The notes under the pieces: model-generated
What the model was told of the DNA's origin: nothing
What the model saw: only the letters and a program-made list of their open reading frames with translations
Database searches by the model: none
Shown here: piece after piece, positions 12,540 through 24,174 of the stretch
Position numbering within the stretch: position 1 is the first letter of the stretch
Layout: the number at the start of each line of letters is the position of its first letter
Translations under genes and position numbers: made by a program
NCBI GenBank assembly: GCA_964016885.1
Contig: OZ024742.1
Span: 227,788,001-227,852,000 of the forward strand
Length of the DNA stretch: 64,000 nucleotides
DNA from: Eledone cirrhosa
Lineage: Eukaryota
Reading direction: 5' to 3'

Positions 12540-13250
12540 GAAAAATAAAAGCTGCAGTTAATATCAGGGGAAGCTGCCTAACTGACAATGTTATCTATAG
12601 GTGCACTGTAACTAGCCATAATAGTGTCAAACATGATATAGGGGGCACATCTGGCTCTTTCAAAACTAGATTTCAAACGAATCTCCACTCTTTTACCATA
12701 TCGTAAGAGCAACCCCTAGATCACGTCAACAGCAGAGCAGAATCTGTGATAAATTGCAGACACAGAATACAGCAATCATTCTATGGATGGACCCCGGTTG
12801 ATATCTGAACACCATAAACCAGGGCCTCCTGCACCAAACCATAACACGCCAGAGGACGGGGTGCATAATTAAACATCTGTACAATCACTCCGGAAGGTAA
12901 CAGTACTGTACACTCACCCCCGCACACCAACTATGCCTCTTAGATCTGGCCTGACTAAGAGGTAGTAAATTGGCACTCATAAAATAGTAGTGGAGAATAA
13001 TTATCATGTGAATGGATAATAAGCCCTTTAGGGACACTTATTCAAACACCGGTCAGTGATGCAAACAGCCATGTCTGTTTGAGTTAAACATAAACTTCGA
13101 TGTGGTTATCATCTTAAAACCCCCTTTGGGTTCTGTATTGAACACTCTCTAGATTTGTATGCCCTTGAGAAGCCCTTTTCGGGCGAAACCTACGTAGGTG
13201 CTTATTGTATAAACATGTTCTAACAGTCTGTATTCTCTTTCGTAATTTTT
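12540..13250 (+). mobile_element. Penelope-like element 3' part (GIY-YIG, then non-coding terminal region)
   Basis: GSCLTDNVIYRCTVT..IGGTSGSFKTRF and NSRAESVINCRH; 3' region similar to 16457-16645; the element may extend upstream to ~12080. Confidence 0.7.
13161..13201 (+). ncRNA. Putative minimal type-I hammerhead ribozyme (U3-A8 variant)
   Basis: GCCC-UUGAGAA-GCCC(UUUUC)GGGC-GAAA-C(CUAC)GUA-GGUGC: 4-bp stem II with G10.1-C11.1, 2-bp stem III, GUA cleavage triplet (after 13196), imperfect stem I; lies downstream of a PLE GIY-YIG. Confidence 0.65.
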
Positions 13251-13251
13251 T

Positions 13252-13547
13252 CATTCATCATCATCACCATCATCATCATTTTACGTCCGCTTTTCCCTGC
13301 TTGCAAGGGTGGGACGGGAACTGATTCTGGCTTGACTTCTACAGCTGGATGCCCTTCCTAACACCAACCTCATTTACAGTGAGTGTTGGGTGCTTTTTTG
13401 CCGTGACACCTCCATGACCACTTTGCAGTGGAATGATAGGGACCTCAGTCCTATCATCTCATTTCTACAGCTGAGTAAACTGGAGCAATGTGAAATAAAG
13501 TGTCTTGCTCAAGGAAACAACACATCACCCAGTCTGAGAATTGAACT

Positions 13548-13549
<2 letters not shown>
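13252..13549 (-). mobile_element. tRNA-derived SINE, family 2, with RTE-like 3' tail (5'-truncated at the B box)
   Basis: Reverse complement closely matches ~56000-56290; shares ttaggaagggcatccagctgtagaa and cggacgtaaaatg(atg)n with the RTE 3'UTR. Confidence 0.8.
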
Positions 13550-13582
<33 letters not shown>

Positions 13583-13610
13583 TTAATATATATAATATAT
13601 ATATATATAT

Positions 13611-16308
13611 AGACTGATAATTAGCGAGCTAATAGTCAGGACGAGACGTACTAGATAACAGAAGAGGACTATCCTCAGGAGAAAAATATGGAAGCTAAAG
13701 GACCCCACAGCCAGAAATAAATTCAAAAGTATACTACTTGATGCTTTCGACAGTAAGGAAGAGCAATTAGAGTCGTACAATATAGAGGAGCAGTGGGAAT
13801 TCCTGAAAGCAAACCTGCTGATGGCGGCAGACGAAGTCTGTGGCTGGAGCAGGCCTGTAGGCAGGAGGAGAGTAACATGGTGGTGGAACAGTAAAGTGGA
13901 GGGGTCAATTAAGGCCAAAAAGCAGGCTTGGAAAGTATGGCGGGATGGGGGAAGCAGAGAAGACTATCAAGTGGCCAGGAGGGAAGCTAGGAGACAAGTG
14001 TACTTCGCAAGAAGGGAAGCAGAGGAAAGAAAGTTCAAGCATGTTCTACAACGCGAGGACCAAAAACGTGAGGTGTTCAGGATTGCTAGGCAATGTGTCA
14101 AGGAAAACCGTGATATTGTCGGGGAGAAGTGTGTACTTAATGATGATGGCATACTTGCCATCACCGACGCTGATAAGAAGGTAGCTTGGAAGTGTCACTA
14201 CGAAAGGCTTCTAAATGAGGAGAACAAATGGGAGAAAGACAGTCTCCCCCCACATCGACCCAATAGAGGGACCAGCAGTGTTAGTCCAGGGTAGTACAAT
14301 AAGCAAGGCAATCAAAGATATGAAGACGGGTAAGGCGGCTGGTCCTTCGGAAATAGTTGCTGAGATGCTGAAGGCATCTGGTTCGGTGGGACACACCATG
14401 GTCACCCGGATAGTTAACCAAGTCGTACAGAATGGGGTTGTTCCGAAGGACTGGCGTAGCAGCATCATCGTTAACTGCTATAAGGGAAAAGGAGATGCCC
14501 TAGATAGGAGTAACTATAGAGGCATTAAATTAATCGACCAGGTCATGAAGGTCACGGAAAAAGTAATAGCGCAACTAATCAGAGAGAGAATTGATCTAGA
14601 TGAAATGCAGGTTTGTGTCAGGCAAAAGTACCACAGACGCTCTTTTCATTGTACGACAAATACAGGAGAAGTACCTAGCTAAAAGTAAACCCCTATACTT
14701 AGCTTTCGTCGACTTGGAGAAAGCCTTCGACAGAGTCCCCCGTTCCATTATCTGGTGGGCTCTTAGAAAACTAGGTGTTGACGAATGGCTTGTGAGAGCT
14801 ATACAAGCCATGTATAAAGAAACAGTCAGCAAGGTTAGAATTAACAACGAATATAGTGAAGAGTTTAGCGTAAAAGTTGGCGTCCATCAGGGCTCTGTTC
14901 TCAGCCCCCTACTATATATTATTGCCCTTCAGGCTATAACAGAGGAGTTCAAGACCGGTTGCCCATGGGAAATCCTATACGCAGATGACCTAACACTCAT
15001 AGCTGAATCAATGGCCGAGCTAGAGAAGAAATTCCAAACATGGAAGCACGGCCTAGAATCAAAAGGCCTTAAAATTAACCTGGCTAAGACTAAAGTTCTA
15101 GTTTGTAAGAAAGAAAATAAGGCGGCGGTCCCTTCCGGGAAGTGGCCATGCTCAGTGTGTAGGAAAGGCATAGGTAGAAACTCCATTTTGTGTCCCAAAT
15201 GCAAAGTATGGGTGCATAAAAGATGTAGTGGGATCACAGGTAAGCTAACTAAGAACATAGATTTTACATGTGGCCGGTGCTCTGGTGCAATAAGTAGCAG
15301 CAAGTGCCCACAAAATACTAGCTCTTTCAACTGCGCAGAGGGTTCTATAGAAATAGTGGACAGCTTCCGTTACCTGGGTGACAAAATCAGCAGTGGGGGA
15401 GGGTGCTCTGAAAATACAGTAGCTAGAGAGCTTATACCACTATTAGCCGCTAAAGGGTTCTCCCTAAAAATGAAAAGCAGGTTGTATGATGCCTGCATAC
15501 GAACAGCAATGTTGCATGGCAGTGACACCTGGGCATTGTCTGCAGAGGATATACGCAGACTAGAGAGAAACGAAGCTTGCATGCTCCACTGGATGTGTAA
15601 TAGTAATATACGTGAACGGCAAAGCATAAACGAACTAAGGAAAAAATTAGAAATAAGAGGGATCAGATGTTGTTTACTCGAGAGAAGGCTACGTTGGTAT
15701 GGTCACGTGATGCGCATGAAAGACGATAGCTGTATAACAAAGTGCAGGGCAATAAAGATAGACGGTAGCCACGGAATAGGTAGACCCAGAAAGACCTGGG
15801 ACGAGTTGATAAATTCCGACCTCACACACTTACACCTCACCAAGACAATGTCACTGGACCGAGACCTTTGGCGGTACTCAGTAATAGAGAAGACCCGCCT
15901 TACCTAAATACATAGTAAAACCTACTACAGTCAGTAGGCATCTCTAACAAAATACACCCCCGCCCCACCACCCCCACCTCATCCACACCGCCCCTTTCAA
16001 TGTAAAGTTATGTTGGTGCCACAACATCCAGGCCGAAACAAATGAGATCGTGTAGGTGTCACGACAAAAAAAAAACACACAGTCCACGCTGTAAATGTGG
16101 CCGTGTAGGCAACACGGTAAAAACCTCCCAGCCCCACACTGTAAATGTGGTTGGTGTTAGGAAGGGCATCCAGCTGTAGAAAACCCGCCAGATAGTCCTA
16201 TGCTAGCAAGATAATCACTCTTGCCTCAAGTGGGAAAACCCCCGTCCAAACCCATGCAAGCGTGGAACACGGACGTTAAACGTTGATGATGATGATGATG
16301 ATGATGAT
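13611..16308 (+). mobile_element. RTE-clade LINE copy (5'-truncated; RT, PHD-like finger, 3'UTR and (GAT)n)
   Basis: ORFs 13821-14294, 14215-14682 and 14600-15907 are nearly identical to the 5216-8496 copy, in inverted orientation; 5' junction in (TA)n. Confidence 0.95.
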
Positions 16309-16311
16309 ATA

Positions 16312-17260
16312 AGGTACTCTACATCCCTCGCCAATTACATCACCCATTTAAACGACACTAGCACCAGCTTCTCCACTTATTGGGAAATTGTCAACCAGGC
16401 AACACCCTACAACTTCAAGAAAAACTGCCAGCTCTGTCTCATGGAGCTTTACTATATCGTGCAAGCACCCCCTGATCTCATCAACAGTTGAGCCAAAACC
16501 GTCATCAATTGCAGCCATCGACTACAACAGTCGTTCTACAGATGGACCCCGGATAATACTCAAACACCATAGTACCAGGGCATTTTACACCGTACCCTGG
16601 CTTGTCTTAAAACGGTGGGTTAAAAATTAAACATCTGTGAACAATACTATTATCCAGCCCCCCGTTATCCCTCAAGGGTGTTGCACTACATGTGTCCGGA
16701 CCTAATTGCCTCGTCGTATTCCTCCACACCAACAGAATAAATCTTGAGTATCTCTGCAGGATTGATGATTGTACCATTTAAACACCATGGGCGTATAATC
16801 ATGTGATTGTGCAGGGCCTGACGTTTATGCCTTTACACTTTTCGGCGTTTAAACCTTTGTTGAAATTGCAGCCTCATACTAACTTAGACCGTACATAAGT
16901 TTCACCAACCATAATGATATTGAACACTCACAATCATACCTTAACTGTGCCTCTGCAAACTGGCTTGACAAAGCATAATTAAATTAGCATGTAGTAAATA
17001 GACTTAGGGGAAGAAATAAATATTTTATAATAGTGGAAATGAATTTTAGCAGATAATTCCAAATTAGCACCGGAATTACCCCCAATTACACAAACATAGG
17101 CATCTAATTCTGTAACACCGAGATATGAATTTCGATGTTAAAATCGTATTCATACCCATTCAGGGTTTCTAATTAAACCCTTTACTTTCCTCTGAGCCTC
17201 CTCTGAGCCCAACTTCGGCGTAACATGTGTAAGAGCTCCTTATAATATATATTTTAACGG
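16312..17260 (+). mobile_element. Penelope-like element 3' part with a decayed hammerhead-like motif near 17195-17238
   Basis: WEIVNQATPYN..CQLCLMELYYIV..INS..INCSH; homologous to 12701-12885. Confidence 0.6.
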
Positions 17261-17292
17261 TCTGCTTCTCTTTCTTCAATTATATATATATA

Positions 17293-18344
17293 CTAGCATT
17301 AAATCCCGGCGTTGCTCGGGGTCAGTAAGTTACCAAAGTTAGGTTGCACCACCCATTTTATGGCAGCACTTTTTTGTCTGCCAGGCACTGGGTGAATAAA
17401 TTGCAGACCTGGACTGCCGAAGCAGGAGCTGCGCCAGCAGTGACAATTGTAGTTTCGCCTATGGATATTATCTCTGTGCAAAGAAGTCTTGAAATTTATT
17501 GTTTCACAGTACTTGCGCAATACTAGACGATGCCAGCCGAACAACAGAGCTGCGATGGAGTTGTTCTGCATGGTTATCTAATGTGTGTTTTCTAAATTTA
17601 AGACAGTAGGGAGGGGTGTGTTATGGGGGAGAGTTAGCTGCTGTTTCTAGCAGGTTTAGTGACCTCATAGAGGATATGTGTTTTCTAAATTTAAGACAGT
17701 AGGGAGGGGTGTGATATGGGGGAGAGTTCGCTGCTGTTTCTAGCAGGTTCAGTGACCTCATAGAGGATATTATTGTGTATAGTAAATAAACTGATACTTC
17801 TTTCTTCCACGTTCGTTGAGAGATGTTTTAAAAAAGATGTATCGCTATTTTTTTTGTTGTTGAATAAATTTATCTGTTGCTTTTGAATAATTGTTGTTTC
17901 GTATGAAATGTAATAAGTTCTCTTCGTTGTCATTGAAGTAAATAAATGTTTGACCGTTCCACACTCAAAAACAAACGTTCTCTCTCTCTCTCTCTCTCTC
18001 CTTCATTTCTCTCTTCTTTCTTCGGCGTTCCTAAAGGAAGTTTGTAAGTTTAAGCGTATATAAGAGAAAGTTGCAGCATGTATGTAGTTTTATCGAATTT
18101 TAAGGGGAGTAGAGAGAGGGATCAGATTGTATTAGAGGGGTAAAGCATCATGTATTTAGTTTTATCGATTATCTCCGTAATTGTGGGTGAGTTTGAAATA
18201 AATAAAAAGTCGTTGACCTAAGTTAGACCATTTACAACATTCTTACAGACTTTGAGTCGAATCAGTTTGAAATTGTGCAAATGTATAAACATGGAACATG
18301 CACACACACACACACACACACAACAACAATCTGCCTTTTATAGA
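17293..18344 (-). mobile_element. Non-autonomous Helitron
   Basis: Minus strand A|TC 5' end at 18344 followed by (GT)n; 3' hairpin CCCGAGCAACGCCGGG 8 nt before CTAG|T at 17293; no TSD; internal ~95-bp tandem duplication at 17581-17770. Confidence 0.7.
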
Positions 18345-18409
18345 TAATGATATATGTTATCTTTTACCTGTTCCAGCCATCCGGCTGAGGCCATGTTGCT
18401 TCAATTTTT

Positions 18410-18525
18410 ATACCCAGCCGCCTGCATATGTGTTGAGGTGTTCTTTAATGCCGGTGCGGAGAGGTTGAGACATACTACCATGTAGAACTCCTTACATTTG
18501 TTGCATTCAATTCAGTATACCACAT
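18410..18525 (-). mobile_element. Short Penelope-like GIY-YIG fragment
   Basis: VVY*IECNKCKEFY..QPLRTGIKEHLNT, similar to the 53898-54245 ORF. Confidence 0.55.
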
Positions 18526-19975
18526 GTATTAGTTGGTACATACTTGTGTCATGGATAGGGTATTATAGTCAGAGTATTCCACAGATACATGTAACCTTAT
18601 CATAATTCCCAAATCAAATCAGTGTGATACATGTGACATGGTGTCATCTTGTATTATAGTGTAAGTGGCTGAGTCTTCCAAAGATGTGTACCCTTAACCT
18701 CCTCACACCATATTCCCAATAAACTGGTAACATCAAATTTCACTTTCAGTCATCGGGGGGGGGGGGGGGGGGAATAAAAAAAAATCCTATTTTAAAGCTG
18801 GGTCAATCAGCCCGTCACATTAAAAACTACAGAATTAGCATTATAGCTAATGTTGCGATTTTAGGTGTTCTTTCTTTCTGTGACATATTCACATTAAAGT
18901 GTATTTGCTGGGGAGCTAATAGGTTATCTCCCTCCAGCCTGGGCTGAAAGGGGTAACATAATTCCCAAGCTGAATCAGTGTTACAAGGCTGGACCTTTGA
19001 ATTACAGGTATAATCCATCTGATGGGCTTCCACACAGCTTCTGTCTACCTATCACAAAACTTAGGTTGACTGAGGTGATAGTAAAGACACTTGGCAAGGT
19101 TGCTAGGCAATGGGATTGAACCTGAGACCTCATAGTTAGCGAAGTGAATTTCTTAACCACTCAACTATGTCTGTGTCCTCAACTACAAATACAAATTTTC
19201 TGGCTTAGCTGTTGTCTTTTATGAAGATTTCGGACACTATCTGAGGTCAACCATCCTGACCATAGCTCAAGCCCTCGCTAGAGAACTCCCACCACTACTA
19301 CATCATAGTGGTGGGAGCCCATAAAACCAAGACAAACCAGGTGCATTTCCATCAACAAAGGTCACTTCAATTGCCTAAGTGCTAATGCCACAGTGCACTC
19401 TGCTTGTAGGCACCCAGCACTCCCTGTGAAGTGGTAGTGCTGGTCTCATAATAAAATGCACGCAGCCTACATGGCAAGATGTTAGTGCTGATCATGATAA
19501 TAAAATACGCCCAGTACATCTGTAAAGTGGTTGGCATTAAGAAGAGCATACACCTATAGAAATTATGCCAAACTGGAACGTATGATCAAAACATGGTAAT
19601 CTGATAAATTTGACCTCAGTAGGTGACAACTTGTCTAACCCATGCCAGCATGGAACACAGATGTAAAATTGTAATTATGATGGTGACAATTAGTCATCAC
19701 CAATTATTAATAGTAATTATCACTAAAGGGCATCCAGCTGTAGAAAGCTTGTCAAACAAGAAGTTGGGGGGACCCTTCAGTTTGTGTCAAAAGATAAAAC
19801 TACTTCTCCTTGTAGAACATATGACTGTATGTAAATGAGATGCAGACTCCTTGGCTTGTCTGGGAGGTCAATAGCCCCACTTCAGTACTGACTTTGTCTA
19901 TGTAGACCCATCCAACTCTTGCTAGCAGAGAAAGTGAATGTTAAACAATGATGATGATGAATTGTAAATACTTAC

Positions 19976-20031
19976 CCATTACTTTTACATCTTCTGTACA
20001 TTCTTTGATAGAAACAGTCAAATGTTGAATT
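19976..20031 (-). CDS. Host gene exon 8 of those seen: (R)IQHLTVSIKECTEDVKVM
   Basis: Acceptor ctttttctgcag, donor G|gtaagt; phase 2 to 1; AG+A=Arg join with the previous exon. Confidence 0.85.
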
Positions 20032-20424
20032 CTGCAGAAAAAGACAATTATGTTGATTAAAGATGAAAGTTCATTTGTAATCTATCTCATTTATTCTGGT
20101 TGTTTACATTCCAAGTTTAAATTGAGCTTCAACCTGCCAGGGTCAATAAAATGAAGTACCAGTCAAGCAGTACTGGGGTCAATTTAATCAACTTTGCCTC
20201 CCCAAAATTTGCTACCCTTATGCTTAAATTAGAGATCAATAATTAAAACTATCTTAGATTAATTGTGTTATTTTCAGGTTGTTGGTAAGAAATGGTATGT
20301 AGTGATGTAGATATGTAGTTCTGATAATTATGAGGTGGTATAGAGGGGTACAGAGTTGTGTAGAGTGGTATATTATGTGTGTGTGAGATATGTGAGTGAA
20401 GATAATTAAATTCATCAACTTTAC

Positions 20425-20495
20425 CTTTTCATCATATGGAATATCAAGTCCTCATTGTTATCATGAAACATCACTTTAATAACATCTTTAGTGAA
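20425..20495 (-). CDS. Host gene exon 7: FTKDVIKVMFHDNNEDLIFHMMK
   Basis: Acceptor ttctttttcag, donor AG|gtaaag; phase 0 to 2, open frame. Confidence 0.85.
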
Positions 20496-20504
20496 CTGAA
20501 AAAG

Positions 20505-20975
20505 AATGGTTTCTGGTTTAGGCATAAGGTCAACATTTTTGGGGGAGTGGGGAGGGTTTCAAATAAATTTACCCTAGTGCATTACTGCTACTTTATCTTA
20601 TCTGCGCTATAAGGATGAATGAAAGACAAAGCTAAACCTGGCGGGATTTGAACACAGAACGTAAAGGGACGTAACTCTGCCACAAAGCATGTTCAACATT
20701 CTACCAATACTGCCAATCCACTGCTCTTCTCATAATAATAATAATAATAATAATGATTTCTTTATTAATCACAAATGGTTTGCAAAAAACATATTAAGGA
20801 TGGTACTCTGAGTTTATGGAAAATTATGAATAATGGTTTCTTATATAGGCACAAGGGCCAGCAATTATGGGGGAGGGGACAGTCGATTAAATCGACCCCA
20901 GTGCATGACTGGTACTTTATTTTATCAACCCCGTAAGGATGAAAGGCAAAGTTAACCTCGGCAGGATTTGAAAGT
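20505..20975 (-). mobile_element. Two adjacent SINE family 1 copies (one near full, one 5'-truncated)
   Basis: Similarity to 9770-9958 at ~20505-20725 and ~20830-20972; the first ends about 10 nt from the exon 7 acceptor. Confidence 0.75.
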
Positions 20976-21252
20976 GTTTATATTTGTCTAAAAACCTTTC
21001 ATCATAATTTTATGTAAGAATATTTGTTGTGTTCCAAACATCAGTTTAACCATTTTGATAACAAACCACCTGAAATCTCTTTATGTTCTATGATACAAAA
21101 CTGTTTGTTTTAAAGTATAATTATCTAAAAACCTTCTAACAAATTTTATATAAGAACCTTAGTTGAGTTATGTTCAAAACACTAATTTATTCCTCTTGAT
21201 ACCAAACTACTTGAAACCTCTACTGGGAGATGTTTAGATAAATATAAACGTG

Positions 21253-21555
21253 TTAACCCTTCATCATCATCATCATCTTCGTTTAACGTCCACTTTCCAC
21301 GCTAGCATGGGTTCTATTACCATACTTTTAATGAGAGACACTGCCTATAACTTTCAAATGATTTTGAACATAAAAAATTGGAGGATTTTAGTAATATAAC
21401 TAACTTTCTTGTTAAGTTGGTATTCAGAACATAATAAAGTTCTTACATAAAATTATGATGGAAAGTTTTTAGATAAATATAAATGCTTTAAAACAAACAG
21501 TTCCATATGCTAGAACCATGGATGGTTTCATGTGGTTTGGTATCAAAAAGATTAA
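21253..21555. mobile_element. piggyBac-like MITE (TTAA-CCCT type ends) with a short RTE/SINE tail inserted at ~21261-21312
   Basis: ttaaccct ... aaaagattaa termini; related copies at ~21046-21220, 58672-59100 and ~1568. Confidence 0.5.
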
Positions 21556-21784
21556 TTTTAGATATTTCTTCATGCTAATAAAAGTATGAAAATTTTATCA
21601 TCAACTGAAGTTCACAGGGTGTGTCATGTGATCAGACTTTACAAATGTAAAAAAGAAGCATTTTAACACCATTTCTTCCATGTAAGTCCTCTGATAAACT
21701 TACTAGTCATTTGAGACAATGTTTTACAGCCAGATGCCAATATATTTAGCTGCCTCTTTAGAAGAAGAAAAAGAAAAGAATTAC

Positions 21785-21875
21785 CGTAGAAGATTGGTAC
21801 TTTTCCAGAAGGTTGCTGAAAACCTTCAACTCCCCATTACTGGCTTGAAATATCTTCCTTTGTATCCATACATTT
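21785..21875 (-). CDS. Host gene exon 6: (E)NVWIQRKIFQASNGELKVFSNLLEKYQSST
   Basis: Acceptor tttctatttaattctag, donor CG|gtaatt; phase 2 to 0. Confidence 0.85.
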
Positions 21876-21939
21876 CTAGAATTAAATAGAAACAACAACA
21901 AAAACATAAATAGTTGCAATATATATATATATATATATA

Positions 21940-22758
21940 TAAAAATGAAAGGCAGGTTGTATGATGCCTGCATACGAACAGCAATGTTGCATGGCAGTGA
22001 GACCTGGACATTGTGTGCAGAGGATATACGCAGACTAGAGAGGAACGAAGCTTGTATGCTCCGCTGGATGTGTAATAGTAATATACGTGAACGGCAAAGC
22101 ATAAACGAACTAAGGAAAAAATTAGAAATAAGAGGGATCAGATGTTGTTTACTCGAGAGAAGGCTACGTTGGTATGGACACGTCACGTGATGCGCATGAA
22201 AGACAACAGCTGTATAACAAAGTGCAGGGCAATAAAGATAGACGGTAGCCACGGAGTAGGCAGACCCAGAAAAACATGGGACGAGCTGATAAATTCCGAC
22301 CTCACACACTTACACCTCTCCAAGACAATGTCACTGGACCGAGACCTTTGGCGGTACTCAGTAATAGAGAAGACCCGCCTTACCTAAATACAAAGTAAAA
22401 CCTACTACAGTCAGTAGGCATCTCTAACAAAATACACCCCCGTCCCACCACCCCGCCCCTTTCAATGTAAAGTTATGTTGGTGCCACAACATCCAGGCCG
22501 AAACAAATGAGATCGTGTAGGTGTCACGACAAAAAAACACAGTCCACGCTGTAATGTGGCCGTGTAGGCAACACGGTAAAAACCTCCCAGCCCCACACTG
22601 TAAATGTGGTTGGTGTTAGGAAGGGCATCCAGCTGTAGAAATCCCACCAGACAGTCCTATGCGAGCAATGACAACCACTCTTGCCTCAAGTGGGAAAACT
22701 CCCGTCCAAACCCATGCAAGCGTGGAACATGGACGTTAAACGATGATGATGATGATGA
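21940..22758 (+). mobile_element. 5'-truncated RTE LINE copy
   Basis: MKGRLYDACIRTAMLHGSETW..EKTRLT, 3'UTR and (GAT)n; 5' junction in (TA)n about 65 nt from the exon 6 acceptor. Confidence 0.93.
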
Positions 22759-23024
22759 TACACACACACACATTGGTTAAGAAGTTGGCTTCAGGAGCCT
22801 GTTGTATATATTATCATCATTTAACACTGCCTTTCAATGCTGGCATGGAATATATAGGCCATCACAGACAAAGTTAATACTTAATTGAAGCTACTGTCTT
22901 CCCAGACAGGTCAGGGTCCTGCTTCTCACTTACATACATTCAAATTTTGGCATGGTTTTTACAGCTGGATGGCCTTCTTATCACATAATTATTGATAAAT
23001 GAATAAATACACCATGTAGTTAAT

Positions 23025-23312
23025 AAGTGGCCTAGTAGTTAGGGAGTTGGACTCATGATCATAGGGTCATGGGTTCAATTCTGAGATCAAGGAGTGCATT
23101 GTGATTTTGAGACTTCATTCATTTCATGCTGCTTTTCATAAGAGAGTTACACACTGTAAAGTGTTTGGCATCAGGAAAGGCCTCCAGTTGTAGAAACCAA
23201 GCCAAAATGTGTAGGAGAAAGACATGGCCACCTGACCAGTCTAGCCTCAGTACATGACAAACCATCTAACCTATGCAAGCATGGAAAATAGACATTAACA
23301 GTGATGATGATT
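23025..23312 (+). mobile_element. Diverged tRNA-SINE with RTE-like tail
   Basis: gtggcctagtagttagg..gggttcaattc head; ggcatcaggaaaggcctccagttgtagaaa..gcatggaaaatagacattaa tail. Confidence 0.6.
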
Positions 23313-23759
23313 GTAACCCCTATCATTAAAACATTCAAAATACAACCTTGTAACCAGCCAGCTAAACCTGCATGTGTGAGCAGTAACATGATAGGACTGG
23401 GGGGCCCTGATCATTAAAACCTCCAAGAAATCTGTGAGATACCTCATAGGAGCCTAGCTAAACCTATATAGGTATAAACTCTAACAAATGTCATTTTACG
23501 AATATTTTCCATGAAGGCATGGGCTGAATAGGCGGGTCAGGGAATCACATTTAATGTTTCATCTTTGACATGGTTTCTGTAGTTAAAATGTGTACAGGAT
23601 GCATTTACCATGTAGATTGCCCAAACTAGAAAAGTTGTCATGTCCTTGACACAACAGAAGAGCCTTCCCTACCCTACGGAGGTGGAGGTGAGAAAAAAAA
23701 AATATATATACATGTTACACAACAGCACCAACAACCATGCCAACAATTCCTCAATACAG

Positions 23760-23948
23760 CAATAATAATTGTTTCTACTTTTGGCACAATGCCAGCAATT
23801 ATCCCAGTACATTACTGGTACTTTATTTTATCGACCCCGTAAGGATGAAAGGCAAAGTTAACCTCAGCAGGATTTGAACTCAGACTGTAACTCTTTGCTG
23901 CAAAGCATCGCGTCCGACCCTCTACTGATACTGCCAATCCACCGCCCT
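23760..23948 (-). mobile_element. SINE, family 1
   Basis: Matches 9770-9958; flanked by caataataat on both sides. Confidence 0.8.
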
Positions 23949-24003
23949 AAATACATCAATAATAATAATACCACTACCTCCACACACCACTAGAAATACA
24001 TAC

Positions 24004-24105
24004 TCAGAAGATTCTTGGAATTCAGAATACAATCTTATAGCATTTGGTTTGCAATGGCTGGAGATCAACTCATCAGCCTTCCTGCAGTTCTCCAAGAATC
24101 TACTC
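24004..24105 (-). CDS. Host gene exon 5: (K)SRFLENCRKADELISSHCKPNAIRLYSEFQESS
   Basis: Acceptor tcttatatcttttacag, donor GA|gtatgt; phase 2 to 2; AA+G=Lys join across the satellite intron. Confidence 0.85.
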
Positions 24106-24174
24106 CTGTAAAAGATATAAGATAACCATTACTATCATCAACACCACCATCACTATCAACATTTTTCATAATCA

